Positions 37,786 through 53,022 are shown, counted from the first letter of the stretch. The stretch is 64,000 bases of DNA from Hormiphora californensis (GCA_020137815.1 CM035359.1:5766001-5830000); one strand, 5' to 3'. Notes: generated from the sequence alone by a model not told the origin. Numbers and translations are program-made.

Positions 37786-40749
37786 TTAGTGTTGGGAGGA
37801 GGAAGGTAGTCGGGCGATGGGCGTCGTTTCCAAGATACTCATGTACCGGGCATCTCCTGTACTGCTGACCAAGGTCCATTATTATCAGTGTTGTTCACAG
37901 CTACATCAGCTTTGTACATGTTCAGCAAGTGTCCCATACACTCTCGGATATCAGCGGCAGAGTACCGTGTGTAGTGGGCTAGGGTTGGTGTCTGGGGGAG
38001 GAGAGAGGAGGGTTAGCGAGGTATATCATGGGGGTGTTGGGGTTAGAGAAAGGGTCATTCAGGAGAGGGGGTAGGGAGATCATGTAGAGATAAACGGTGG
38101 GTGAGAGAATATTGTGTGATTGTCTCTAATCATCAGGTAAATTAGAGTTGAATGGGACGAGACGGAACGGTGCGGTTTAATCAGCGAAGTGATTTGCGTA
38201 GTCAGAGATCGACCCAGATGCGGTGCAAATCGAGTAATTGGATGTTGCCAGAGTTATTACCAAATACGGAAAACCATTATTCCCATATATGGTATGATTG
38301 TAAGCACCGCACATGAGAGGGGGAGAGTATAGCTCTAATTCTGCTAATGAGGGACCTATTGTATTGGAGAGGGAGAGATAGTGAGGGAGAGATCTTTCTT
38401 CTCAAAGACGAACGACCGTATAGTGAGACAACTGAATTCTGTGTGAGGGCGGCTACTCGGTGTGTGTGTGTGTGGGAGTGGAATTCGAGCTTTTGTGAGC
38501 TGAGCGGAGGGTAGAAAATGGTAGGACAATGGTAGGATAATTTGAATCTCGGGGAGAGTGATGGACAGAGGGAGGGAGAAAAGAAAGATAGAATTGAAGA
38601 ACTTACCCAAAGGGGCTCAGAAGGCCGAAGGTGGGCACGGGCAAGTCCAATAGCTGAGGCGGTCAGGAGGGAGGGAGCAAATCGGAGGAATTCCTCGCCC
38701 TTCACGTAGGCTCGATCAACCAAGTACTGAAGAAAAGAAGTTGGTTAGAAAGGTGGGATAAACTTGGGGTAAGAACAGTGTATGTAGGTAATGTATGCGG
38801 CAATTATGAAAATAATTTTATCTAGAAACTCACCATCATAAAATATTTCTCTCGGCAGTCTCCGTCAGAAGCTTTGAGGAACCGATCACAGAATGAAGTT
38901 GGTACAGTGGAGTTGACCTCAAATGCAAGTTTACTGAGAACCAGTCGCTCCATTTTCAACAGCTGAGAGGGAGAAGATTAGGGTCAGAAATTAGAATATG
39001 AAACACATATATATTGTCGTCAAAAGTAAGAAAAAAAATCTCTTTAAATAATAAATCTCGAAAACCCGAGAGATATATCTCTTATTACCTGTTCTTTGCT
39101 AAAGGTGTTCTCTGTCAGACTACAGAGATACGCAGCAAATGCATGGCCATCGACATCAAAATCTGCCTCCCCCATAGAATCAACTTTCTTCGCAATGTAA
39201 AGACAGGCAATGGCTAGGAGCTGGAGTCGTCGTAACTTGAACTGGATCTTGGAGAGGAATCGGTCCAGATATGATACAGCAAGTTGGAAGACAGTTTGGT
39301 TGAGTGATCTGATGCCGAGACACACCTGTGGAAGAGGGAAGGGGTTAGTTACTGGGACGGGTTAGTTTTTTTGGGGTAATGAAATTAAAAATAATTGTCT
39401 TTTTACAATGGCAGTAATTCTATAAAAATGGCTCCATCGTTCCTACATCTGTCACCACCACCTCTTCACATGTGAACCCTGTCAGGCAATTAAAATGTCA
39501 TCTCACCTCGTGCATCCAGTTCACTGTCAGAGATCGATGGCAGAACCTCACTTCATTCTGTTTCAACATGTACAGGGGTCGGGGCTGGTATTCTACCTAC
39601 AAAGAAGGGAAATGTGTTAGAAATTGGAAAACTAATAGAGAAATTTGTTGGAAAATGGAAAACTAAGAGAGAAATATATGCTATAAATTAGAAAATAAAC
39701 CATGTTAACAATTACCTCTTTCTGTCGCAGGTAAGCATCAATATCCTGGGTGTACTCAGGGGAATCAAACTCTGGATGACAATCAGCATCAATATCTCTG
39801 ATACCACTGGTATCCATGAGACTCACATTACTCCTCTCTTCCTCTACCTCCATGAACGAACAGGACAAGTTTCGGGGGGCGAGGGGAGCAGCAGTGGGTT
39901 GTTGGACCGTCCTGAAGGAGGTGTTTCGGGGGGCAGCAGCAGCAGTGGGCTGTTGAACCGACATGGGGGTGGGTTGTTGGGTCTTAGTAGAGCATGATGG
40001 AGTCAGGACGGGTGTGGCAACGGGTGTTGTTCTGTCCTTGAAGACGGTAAACGCTGAGAAGGGGGGATAATGTGTTAGAAAACCCGTTTTATTTAAAAAA
40101 TGTTAGAAAGTCTGATTAGAATTGATGTTACAAACATCACTAAACTAAATGTTCTCCAGGCCGGGGAAAGGAATCTCTATGGTCCCATCCCTTAATCTCA
40201 ACCATTGTGGAGACGGCCTCAAAGAAGAAGAAGAAACTAAATGTTCTAACTCACCATTGGAGGAGCTGGCAGCAGAAGAAGAAGAGCTGGCAGAAGAAGA
40301 AGAGCTGGCCCTGGTAGACATAAAGGAGTTCAGGGTAGACTTGTCGGGTGCTGGTAGTTGTAGTAGTGGAGTTAACCCGGTTAGAACACTGACTTGTCCT
40401 CAAAACACGGCTGGCCATCTGCTTTCTGTTTCGGTGAGGGCTTCTTAGCATCAACTCGGACACTCAGGGGATTCGACTGGCGCTGACGGATTTGCTGAGG
40501 AGGGGGAGATTGGGTTAAATGATGGAAACCTAGAAGAAAAGCAGACATATTTTGTAACTAATTTGAATTTAAAGATGCAAATCTCTAGAAGTTACCTTTC
40601 CAAGATCGCTGGTAGTGGACTGCTGGAGGAACATTGGTGAGGGGAGCGAGGGCAGGTCTCTTTCCCGAATCCCGGGGTTTAGTTTTCCTCAGCATGGAGG
40701 TGATCGTAGGGTAATTCTCGTCACTGGTACTGTTGTAAATCAGAGGCAT
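37786..40749 (-). CDS. Divergent cyclin A-like protein (two apparent frame disruptions)
   Basis: D-box RPALAPLTN (exon 40749-40596), ABBA-like AFTVFKD, then EYTQDIDAYLRQKE, YMLKQNEV...HRSLTVNWMHEV, LAVSYLDRFLS...LQLLAIACLYIAKK, LLKMERLVLSKLAFEV, FLRFAPSLLTASAIGLAR and TPTLAHYTRY, on GT-AG exons. Confidence 0.85.
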
Positions 40750-41349
40750 GCTGCCTGGAAGGGGAGGGAGGGTGTTAAAAATAATTTGAAAGGGTGTTAG
40801 AAAATCTAACGGAATAATCATAATGACATGACATCTAGAGAGACAAGAGATGTCCCCTGCAAAAAACACAAGTGATGATAAGTTGTTTTTTAAAAAGTAT
40901 TTAGAGCGGGAAGAAGCCCCTCTCTCTCTAATGTTGAGTAGGACTAAGTTCAACAACTTATCACATGGAATACCAACAAACAAACACGGGGACGATGTGA
41001 AAGTATTTAATGAGGACGACTAGCTCTGGAGGGAGTCCAGAATTCCCGTTATGACTCTCCCGTCGTGAGATATCATTCTCTCTCTCTCTCTCTATGACAG
41101 ATATCATTCTCTTTCTCTCTTCATCAGATATCAGATTCTCTCCCTATTGTTTACATAAGATGACTCCTTGAAGGAGCAGCATATCACGCGTTATTACTTG
41201 GTCTAGCTGCCGGTATGATGTTTGTCCGAGCCAGGACATCAGTAAAATAGTACGATTTAGTCCGCTTCATGTTCAATTCTTCATTTTTTCCTAAAACTAG
41301 AGCAAAAAAACTATACACACAAGTTGCTAGTAGTAGCTAGAACAAGGGG

Positions 41350-41443
41350 ACTTATAGAGGGGCACACACTCCACCACTTCCTGGAGGGACGACAGCCAAT
41401 GGGAGGGAGGTATTAGGGTCACGTGATGTGGGCACAGACCAAT
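41350..41443 (-). promoter_or_regulatory. Candidate cyclin promoter: CCAAT / E-box (TCACGTGA) / CCAAT module plus TATA-like TATAAG
   Basis: Module at 41396-41443; minus-strand TATAAG at ~41351-41356, ~600 bp upstream of the cyclin ATG. Confidence 0.4.
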
Positions 41444-41474
41444 GAGGAAGGAGGATGGTACCATCCAACGACGG

Positions 41475-41546
<72 letters not shown>

Positions 41547-43751
41547 GCAACCCCCGCGAAATTCAAATGTTGAGGGCAGCAGTGAGTTGCTGTGTGAGGG
41601 GGCGGTCGGTGTGGCTTGTGTGGTGTGGCTGAAGAGATACAACGAAAACAGTGGACAAGTCAAAACATCCGCTCCAAGGGTCGCGGTTCTAGACACCTTC
41701 CGTTCTAATGTCTATCTCTATTTTCTAGTTTTCTCTCCCTTTGTAGGATCCCCGAGGATACGTATCGAAATAAGGAGGGGCTGGGGGAACTGTTTTTCAA
41801 ACTCAGATCGTGTGTGGCCAAAGGGATTCCACTGCTACCAAGAACTACCACCACCAAATTGTGCAGGAACTTGCAAAACACACTGTCATGCACACAACTT
41901 GGAACTTACAAGATGCTAAACTCCACAGACTTCAACTCCAGATCACAAAATCAAACGAACAGCTTGCCCCCAAAAAACAAGGCCTTTGAAGAGAATGTAT
42001 GATTTCACCACACTACAACAAACAAGACTAGATCAAGCACAACTGCCAAAATCAGAACACGATGAAGATTCTCCCTCTCTTGCTTGTTGTGTGTGTTGTG
42101 ACGCGTTAGATGCACTATATTAACACGTGATACATTTGTATTCAACAGGGGGGAAGAAGAGCTCTCTGGGAAAATGTCCCACTGTGTGAGGTTGATTGAC
42201 TATTCAAAAAGGTAGCAAGAGAGACACAGTGGGTACTAACATGCACAAGTGACAGAGTGTGCGATGGGGGATTATGTGAAAAAGTACCAATGCAAAGGGG
42301 TATCAATATCTACTTGTGAACGCAACCAAAATGCAAATCACCCCTCTCTCTCTCACCTTTCGATCGATTGATAACTGGAGCCATTTGAAGTTGAAGACAC
42401 AAAGTATGAGACAATATGGAACTGATGATGAGCAGAAGTGATAATAAGTTGGGGGGCGCCACCACCCTATATACCCTGACCAGTCCTGATCCTTCCTAAC
42501 AGCCCATCCGACCCCCACCCCCCGGTGCTAACAGTGACACGTGATATGTCACGTGATGAGGTTACACAAGAGCATGCGGATTACCAATTGGGATGGAGGA
42601 GGTGACACCCCCCCCTACGTCTGGTAGTGTCTGATGGCCCGTGATGAGAGATGAGGGTTCTGATGACTTTCAATTAGGAAGCGGAGAGAGAGAGTGGGAT
42701 CTGATGAGATAGATGGTGTGACGATGAGTGATGGTTCAGTAGTGAGAGAGGTATATCCTGATGAGATAGATGCAGTGAGGGGGGTTAGTGCTGAGAGAGA
42801 TAGATACTTGATACATCAGACTCTGCTAAACTGAGGGACTAACTTCTCAAACTGGTGAGACACACAGGGGACTCTACAAGGATGGCATTGAAACTTACGC
42901 TTCCTGTTATAGAGTGTGAGTGTGTATTGGGAAAAAGTTGGCAGTCGGGGAAACACACACAGAAGACGTCACCAGACTACTGAGGTGCTGCTACTACTAT
43001 AACAGTATAGGTGTTCTGCTACTACAGGAAAGGTGTTCTGATACTACAGGATCCAACAACTCAAGATATATCACCGGAGAAGAAGAAACAGAGTAATGAG
43101 CTCCCCGTGAAACTACTTCACCTACTACTTAGGCACGTGTCTTGGTCAGCCCCCTTCTCTCTCTCTCTCTACTTTTTTGGGGTTTTACGACCTTGTGGCT
43201 TGCCCCCTACACTCCCCCACCTCAATACACTAATCACAAGATAATTTTACCTCCTCTCTCCCTTCTTCTCTCTCTCTCTCTCTCCTTCTTCTCTCTCCCT
43301 CTCTCTCCCTTCTTCTCTCTGTGTTGCTGTCACTAGAACGGCGTCACCAGGCCTCAGGGCAAATGAGAGCGTACAAGCAAGGACCCATCTCTAGTTAGGC
43401 CACTTAAATGCTAATATATACCCCCTTACTCTCTTTATGTCTCACTCACTGTTATAGCTTTTAAATGACTCTCACTATAGCTTTTACATGTATCTCACTT
43501 TGCCTTCTCTGTCTCCTCTCAGAGTCTCTGATTACTAACAACGACAAAAACACCGTATTTCCTAAACCACATGTAAAGTTGAAAGAAAACCGTGTACTAT
43601 ACCGCCAAATAATTACAGAAGGACTAAACTTACAATTTGGCTCAGTGCAGCAGTTGACATGTGGGGGTCTAACGAGCAAATTACAGGAAAGATGGGACAG
43701 TAAGGGACATGGTACCACGTCAATGGTATACGGTATATATTGGCCCCGAGG

Positions 43752-43787
<36 letters not shown>

Positions 43788-44383
43788 ATTGTGTGCCTAA
43801 TATTTCACAGGTACCTGTTACAACACGCTTGTGAGTGTGTGTGTGATCACGTGAAATTGATTTAGGTATTAACTGAATTTTCCCAAATTTTAGAACTGAG
43901 TTGTTAACTGACGAAAAAGTTGAGTGAATATTACCTTTCATAGATCGGATACAGCGACGCTTCGATGAGGGTTGCGACATAAATTCAGGTTGCTAAAATG
44001 GGGTCTTATGAGGAACTATAACAATACTCGTACAGAGAGAATGCATAAGGAGGAAGCGATTATATCAAGAGAAAATAATTCTAACTCTGAAACAACAATA
44101 TCGTGGATTAGATACAATATAGCAGGAGGAACTACATTAGCAGCGGACCCAATTATAGAGGCACAATGTGTTACTACTAGAACTAATACCCCAGCTTTTA
44201 TACTATGGACCCCTCCTCCCACCCCCTGGTCTACAATCGGACTCCACCTCCCGTGGTCTACAATCCAACCCCACCCTCTCAGTAGAAGGGGGTTGGGTCC
44301 ATCCGATCTAAAGTGGACTCATTACAAACCCCCACCCAGCTCAATTCTTGTTATTCCCAATCGGACCGCTATTTGACACCCCC

Positions 44384-45724
44384 CACGGCGTGCCTGGTGA
44401 AATTTTAACACGACCTAGCATGCAACGGGAAACGACCACTTGTACGTGGTAGCTGAGGGTCTACAGAATGGCGCTACGGTGCGGGAAAAAAAAGTCCATG
44501 CCCTAAAATCGTTTTTTTCACTTTTATTTGATTTGGGTCAAAATTGGCTATATTAAACGTGGTCCCGAAAAATCCATAATGACTTAGCACACGAAATATG
44601 TCACCCCCACTTATTTTTGCACGTAGAATCGATTGCCGTTGAAGTCGAATCTCTAAAATGACTGTAAAATGGCCAAAAGTTGATTTGTTACCATTTTTTG
44701 GAGGTTTTTGGCCCCTAAACCATTGAAAACGTTGAGATAGGAATTTGAAACTAGTGCCAATCGTTAAAATGGTCATTTTTCTACCAAGAACCAAGTTTTC
44801 GTGTATATCCGATTTATGGTTAGATTTGGGCAAATTGTTGAAATCTGTCAACTAGGAGAACCGTAACTTGATTTTCTTGTTTTTTGGATTTTGGCATTTT
44901 TGACAAACTTCTGATTGAAATGGTCAATCGGGACCATGCTTAAGTTGTTTATGGGACAATTTTCGACTAAAATCCAAGATTTCATACCAATCCAATAACA
45001 GATCGTTGATTTATAGAAAATTTAAGTAGGCAAAACGGTCAAAATAAGCAAGAAAAGTTGTCATTTTGACCGTTTTGCCTACTTAAATTTTCTATAAATC
45101 AACGATCTGTTATTGGATTGGTATGAAATCTTGGATTTTAGTCGAAAATTGTCCCATAAACAACTTAAGCATGGTCCCGATTGACCATTTCAATCAGAAG
45201 TTTGTCAAAAATGCCAAAATCCAAAAAACAAGAAAATCAAGTTACGGTTCTCCTAGTTGACAGATTTCAACAATTTGCCCAAATCTAACCATAAATCGGA
45301 TATACACGAAAACTTGGTTCTTGGTAGAAAAATGACCATTTTAACGATTGGCACTAGTTTCAAATTCCTATCTCAACGTTTTCAATGGTTTAGGGGCCAA
45401 AAACCTCCAAAAAATGGTAACAAATCAACTTTTGGCCATTTTACAGTCATTTTAGAGATTCGACTTCAACGGCAATCGATTCTACGTGCAAAAATAAGTG
45501 GGGGTGACATATTTCGTGTGCTAAGTCATTATGGATTTTTCGGGACCACGTTTAATATAGCCAATTTTGACCCAAATCAAATAAAAGTGAAAAAAACGAT
45601 TTTAGGGCATGGACTTTTTTTTCCCGCACCGTAGCGCCATTCTGTAGACCCTCAGCTACCACGTACAAGTGGTCGTTTCCCGTTGCATGCTAGGTCGTGT
45701 TAAAATTTCACCAGGCACGCCGTG
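44384..45724. mobile_element. 1.34-kb palindromic foldback element (662-bp arms, 17-bp spacer), CAC...GTG termini, Chapaev/CMC-like
   Basis: 44384-45045 mirrors 45063-45724 (identical mirror ORFs 44474-44851 and 45257-45634). Flanked by cccc on both sides, a possible 4-bp TSD. Confidence 0.88.
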
Positions 45725-45828
45725 CCCCATGACCCCAATTGGAACTCTCTCTCTCTCCCTCTCTCTTGTTACCTAGTTGCATCTCAGATATCCGATTATT
45801 GTTTATAATAATCACACTCCAAATGCAT

Positions 45829-45901
<73 letters not shown>

Positions 45902-46726
45902 GGAATCATCTGTATGATGTATGTTGTAACTCAGATAGAAGCGGATACACTTGAGCATTGAGTAGAATCATGAGCTATGAGAGTTGCAACTATTGAGTAG
46001 AAGATGACACAATTCACCGTAGCAAAAATAAAATGTTATTTCAACTACTCGTATAAAAACTACATAACTTCAAACATCCTTGAAATCGACAAAATCTACA
46101 CAACTACAAGTCTGGAGTCACAATACAGGGGTAAGAGAGATGGAAGGGTGCAAGAAATAGCTGGAAAATTGAGAGGGACAGGATGTGATCCCGGATCCTT
46201 ATGTACACGATCTGTCAAAAACGCATTTCCTGTGCACCACGTGATGTGTAATCCAGGCACCTGATTGGCTCTCCCAGATCACGTGACCTGAATACGGGCT
46301 TCTGATTGGCTTAGAGGGAGAGAGAAGCAGCTTGTGTATGCAGTGGGTGGATATGAAAACACCATGGTAGTGTTTGGGAAAAACACACACCTATGTGTTT
46401 AAATTTCACTCACCCCCACTAAACTAGGGCACACCTGTGAAAAACAGGCATCAAGCAAAGACAAATTCAAGCTACAGAGGACACAACAGGTCCCACAAGG
46501 TAGAAACGTGGAGACTGGAGCGTAGACTAGGAAGAAGATACATCATGAAAATTAACTATCAACCGGGGTGGTAGTGAGAGAACGATAGAAAAAGATAGAA
46601 AATGATAGCGGAGGATCAGGACCACTAAGGTATGTTGTAGTATCGTCGTGGAGAGGAGGGGTAGTGATTGCTTGTCAGAGAGTACATACCAGGTCCCCCC
46701 CCCCGCTTTGATCCAGATAGAACTTG

Positions 46727-46796
<70 letters not shown>

Positions 46797-48590
46797 TAGA
46801 GATAGAATGGAGCAGTGTTTTAAACTACCTAGGTTCACTGATTAATGATAGAAGAAGCGAAGCCGACATAAGGGTCACTACAGTTTAGAATGCAGGCTCA
46901 GTGGGTGTGGACCGTTTCTCAGAGAGCATTTGAGAGGAGACAACCACACGGAAAATAAACCCTTCTATCTTTTTTTCTTCAGCCCTGCAATGTCCCACTA
47001 GCCCTCCTGTCAGCATTACTCAAATGAGGGCTTGTAACGAAGAGCTGCCATGCAGAAGTGATGGAGGTCTGACGTTGTCAACAAATTATAACGGCAAATC
47101 AACGCAAGGACCAAAACGTCACAAATCGAAGCTGTCGCCAGGTACAGAAGGGCTCTGTTGAGAGCAAATGTATTTCAACAAACTAGAGATGAGATAGCGG
47201 GTGAGAGAGTGAGGAAGAGAGAGAGTAAACGAAGGTGATTTACCAGCGAGAGAGAGAGTCCTAATTACGAAGTCAACCAATTAAGTGCTGATTGAATTTT
47301 CAGAGATCACCACGAGAGAGTGCAATGGTTTCAGGGGGGAGGGGAACAACCAATGGGATTGCAGAATGGGAATCACGTGACCCCAGGGAACCAATGAGAA
47401 GCGAGCACCACAACCAATCACCCTGATCTCGTTGTACCACACACACACTCTTCCTTCCTCTAGTATAGCTCACTCTGTTACAACAACCGGAAGACGAAAA
47501 ACGGTGCAAATCTTAACTAGAAGTTTTCTGTAAAAACAAGATCTAACGGCGAGCATGTTGATTGTTGTTTTGGTTTTTCACCTCTCTCTCCCTCCAGATC
47601 TCTGTGCTTAGAGGCCAGCTTGAGTTTCTCTTGCACGATAACAAGAACAACAACAAGCCAAAATAAAGATAGAGAGAGGGAAAGAGAGAGACCCTAGGAA
47701 AGCTTCCCTAACTGGAATCTAACCTGGAATTATGAGAAAAAGAATAACGAGGGAAAAGAGAGAGAGAGAAAACTCTACCAGCCAACAACACATACACTTA
47801 TGAATTAGGAGACCATAGAAATGGATTGATGTAAGCCAAAGCCTTCTACAACATCCAGCCATCTCACCTGCCTTTACTGACTCACCAAACATAACAATAT
47901 CTAAATTACGCAACTACAAATTCGCAACTCAATTCTGAACTCTAATCACGAGAAAACTGAATTTTATAGGTCCAAATTTGGTGGTGCAACGGTCTCAATC
48001 ACATGGAGGGAAGTGTATCTTAACAGGAAAACTGACCCCTTCACGTACATGTGGACACTTGAGGGGGAGGGCATATCACTATGTCATATTAAAGTGAGAG
48101 AGATTTGTAAGATAGTGAGAGAGGAGGAGGTTAGATTGAATTGTTCTGTGAGAAAGGTTCGTGTGTGTGAGGTGGATATACCGCTCGGTTGGGTGAGTTT
48201 CCATGTGAGACTTACCATGGTAACCAGAGAAACAATTCCACTAAAACTCCAATCAATGATCCTGCCAGAGATCCTTCACGACCACGGAGCGTCAAAACGA
48301 GAAAGAAGGAGAGAGAGAGAGGACGCAGTGCACTGTACTACAAAAAGGGACCCTAGGGGGTCCTAGGGGTACCTCTCAGTTGGGGATAAACACAGTCACG
48401 TGATATCACGTGACTTTTAATAGTCCAACCATGCACCCCTTCTTATACCCTAACAGGAGCGCTGCTCGTCATCTCTCTCACACACACTCTCTCTCTCTTT
48501 ATCTCTCTCTCTCTCTGCAAGTGCACTAGTGGCATTGCAAGTCACGTGACTTACACTTGGTTTACAAGTGCAAGTAGAGCTCTTTACAAG

Positions 48591-48741
<151 letters not shown>

Positions 48742-49584
48742 GAAAAGAACCGGAGAAAATAGGCTATTTAATGGGTTTTGAAGGGGGAACTAATAAGTGT
48801 GAGAAACGGCCAGTGGGAACATTGGTGAACCATGAAATACATGGTCACATACAAACGAATTTTAGAATGACTCCCAAGCCTCAATTCTCAATTTTCGTTA
48901 CTCCTTCATAAAAACAATTGTTTTGTTTTAAGAAATTGCGAGTTTTCCAAATTATTTCTACCTGTCATCTGTTCAGCTTACTGGAGATGTGTGAGTGTAT
49001 GGGGAATGTATAGCCGTGTGAAGCCGTACAGGAACAGGAACAATTAGCTTCAAGAAATGTCATAACTTTAAATCTTACTTTGGCTAGAAATGTCATAACT
49101 TCAAATCTTACTTTGACTAAAAAGTTCATAACTTAAAAACTTACTTTGGCTAGAAGATGATGCCATGTTGGGGGCACTGGAATATCACCACACTCGATCG
49201 ACAATCGACTAGATGAACACCAAACAGATGAAGCAGAAAAGCAGAACTGTGTATCAAAGTGCTGTACAAGTGCGATCTAGGTTGAACGGAGAGTGACGTG
49301 TGGGGGGTCAGTGTGGTGCTTGCAACTCTCCCCCTCTCCACCAATCAAGCACCAGAATTCACGTCACGTGACCTCTCCTCGACCAATGGGAAGCGAGAAT
49401 CGAACCCACGTGGCAACCATTACTTGGACTCTACATAGCATGTATACAACGATCAAGCAAAGCTTGTCCACCACTCTCTTTGAGTTGCTTCTCTCTCGCT
49501 CCCACCAGGGCGGGTGAAGAGAGTCTAAAACTGTCATTTTGTGGTCTATTTCAGAGCTGCCAAGGTGCATCTCTAGAGGAAAAG

Positions 49585-49656
<72 letters not shown>

Positions 49657-50690
49657 GAGAGAATGTAACGTTTGCTACACCACACAACTGTAACCGATCA
49701 GGCTTCCGTAAACTTATATCAAGCAACGTGAAAATGTTTACAATTTACCTAACAATCTCATGACTTACCAATTCGAATTCAAAATGAATCTTTCTCTTTT
49801 GGTCTTTTGAAAAAAAGAATTTACAAAATCTCCCGCCAGAATTATTCTCCTAGGACCATGGAACTCTAAACAGTAAACAATATCAACATCCACCACACAC
49901 GACCGTAGAGAGGTATTCCAAGATAGAGCGATAGGGAGAGAGAGAGAGATACAAAGATAGGGAGAGAAAGGGGGTAGTCTAGACAAATCGTTCCTTTTCT
50001 AATTTTGGGCCGCAAATTCACTATCCAGTGACACCCTGTACTGATCAAGATCATCAATGATACGATCTCCCTGGATTCGATAAACAAAACACAGGGCGCA
50101 TGGTGGTAGTCGACCATCTCTCACCGCAAATTTTGTAATGTTAAGGTGGGTGGTCCTCGACGAACTCAAATCGTGTTAAGGGCAGGGGTCATAGTATCGT
50201 ATGTATGATCAGGAGGGTAGATGTCGTGTGTGTTCGTTGCTCCAGGGAGACATTTAATAATAAGGGGGCCTGCTTCTGATGCTCAGGGGTTGGTCACGGC
50301 AGTAATATACTTTGACACACCCGCCTCAAGGGGTGGGCAAAAAACTTAGTGACACGGTCACTTTCACCCTCCCTTATGCCCCTGACTCTCATTATATGTG
50401 ACCTATTAGAATCATCCCCCATCCCTCTCTCTCTCTCAACCTCTTAGAGCAGAAGGGGTTCATTCTACAAGCAAATCTCCCCCGAATGGTGGGTGAAAGC
50501 TTCAGTTACAACAATGGAGAGGATGGTAGAATTGTGAGACAATCAGCAGAGTGGGGCAGCACGGAAATAATAATGGAATATTCCGGAGTCTTAGTTCCTG
50601 GGAGTTTCCTCAATTTCCCTTCAAATTTCATGAGTGTGCGTGTGAGTTCCTGATAGCTCTCTCTCTCCCCACACCTCTCTTCCATTGATC

Positions 50691-50738
<48 letters not shown>

Positions 50739-52059
50739 TGAGAGAGGAGAGAGAGATAGATAGAGTAAGAGAGAGAACCTATGAGAAACAAGAGCGTGGA
50801 CAGAGATAGAGGGCACAGGAAACGGGCCCGATAATATCAGGGTGTGTTCAGCCCTCAACAATTGAAAACAGGATATACCATTAACAAGATCTAGCTCTTG
50901 TGGGAGAGAGAGAGAGAGAGCACTCTCCTCCCGGGCTAACAAGATTTAGTGTAAAGGAGCTCCCTCTTAGTTAATGTAACATTCTTACTTTTGCTCCCTC
51001 TTTAGTCAAAGTAATGTTCTCACTTTTCGGCGATGGAGCTACCTACCATCAAGTGTGTTAGAAGGCAGCTTTTTAGGTGTCAAAAGTTTTGAAGTAAGTA
51101 ACTTTTCCTGATCTCTCTCTTTTACAGTGTCAAAATGATACTCAGTTAGTGGACATTGGAACACTTCAAACAGTTCCAACAACACAGTTGTACAGAGTGA
51201 TGACAAATCCAGGATTTAAACAGTTTATAGGTTTCTAGGTTTGTGTGTGTGTGTATCAATAATCAAACGATTCTAATTTTTAACTCCATGCTGACAATGA
51301 ATGGTGAGAGACGCATCATGAATTACAATGAATCATACAAAACAAATTTTTAGTGATTCTTGAGATGAGTTAACAAACTGATAAAGTGTTTCACAAGGTG
51401 TTACAAATGTAATATGACAAATAAATTGTACTTACTGCCAGTGTATGTCTGTAGAAATGTGGATCGTTTCATATTCAATCAACTTTTATGCGGTGGTAAT
51501 AACGGTGGTGTGTTGAAAAATAAAACCGGAATACTATAAAACCATTTCGTTCTGAACAGAAATGAACAGGTTAATTAACAAATCAATCAAATTTAATTAA
51601 TAATTGAGTAATCAGAATTAAGTTTGTGGGTCTAACCAAAAGCAAAGTGAACAAGCAATTAATTGATTATCTTGTCAAAGCTATCATAAAATTTAAAAAA
51701 TGTAAAATGTTAGCAAGAAGGAGCGAGAGAGGAAAATGATGATTCGAATCGCACATGAAATGAAGAGAGTGCTAGCATTTTCTCTCTCGCGCACACTCAG
51801 CATCTCCCGGTCATTTGGCGGGAAAATTAGCGGGGGCACTCGCACATATATTCACAAGGAGTTATGGAGAGAGGATTGAAGAATTAGACACTGATCTCTC
51901 TCAAGTCCCACATTTTCAGTGGGTGGAAGATATGAAATGAGATGAGAAGGAGAGAAGGGAGAGATATAGAGAGAGAGAGGGGGAGAGAGAGATATGTAAT
52001 GAAAGGGAGAGAGAAAAAGATGGAGTAAAAGAGGGAGAGAGAGAAAGGTAGGTAAAGAA

Positions 52060-52107
<48 letters not shown>

Positions 52108-53022
52108 GTAAAGAAAGAGAGAGATATATACATAATAGTAAAGGCGGTATGGTACAGAGAGATGAAGCTAGATGCTAATCCAAGTTTTTAGCAAGCAGAG
52201 ATAAGTGGGTGTGTTTGGGTACGTAAAGTGCGGTTCGAGTGAAGGGGGAGAGAGGATGGTATGAGTAATGCGAGAGAGAAGGTTTGAAGAGAGATAGCAG
52301 ATAGTAAAGCAGTTCTACACAAACAAATCTCCAAACCGTCAACTGAGCACTTGCGGGTTTGGGGTGTGGATGGGGGGTAGTTTTTGTAGGGACGACGCTA
52401 ACGAGGGCGAGACCCCCCTGGATTGGCAATAGTATCCAGTTAGCAATGACAGCTGCAGCTCCTAATTGGGTAAAGCAACAACAACTGCAGTAGTTGCACT
52501 CTCTGTCTCCCGGGAGTGACGGCAATCAAGACGCAATTGAAGATCATTAGTCAGATCGTCAGAACTGGGTTTGGATGGCACGCAAAGGAGGTAATGGTTT
52601 TAACAGCTGGGCAGAGATAACAGAGGCAAAGTTTACGGAATGACGAACACATACACAGACTCACACAGCCGGTTTTAGGACGCGAGTATCCAGGAATTAG
52701 CGAGAGAGAGCGATGCGTGAGGAATTTCGTACTTCGCGCTCAGTCCTGAGACGAAGCATTCTCATCCAGTGCGGAATTTTATCGAGCTGATTCGTGGAGC
52801 CGAAATGAACGCCGCGCTTCTGACGCGCAAATCAAAACTCATAGCGCGCAATAAAACCGACGCCGCGCGCAAGAAAGTCAAATCACGATCAAGAAAATTC
52901 AGATCAAAAAATTTCACTTTCGCAAAATTCACTTTTTGTTTTTGTCTTTTGACGAGATTTGGCGCTTTCTGTCATTATCCTTAGCCCCTCCTCTTCCTAG
53001 GTTGGCTAAAGGACAACTAAAA

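Noticed and set aside
44474-45634. Two identical 125-aa ORFs on opposite strands (similarly 14837-15058 / 15841-16032)
   Set aside because: A by-product of the palindromic elements; no transposase or other motif.
46983-47141. AG...GT-bounded open stretch of ~53 codons on the + strand
   Set aside because: No recognisable homology or partner exons; could be chance.
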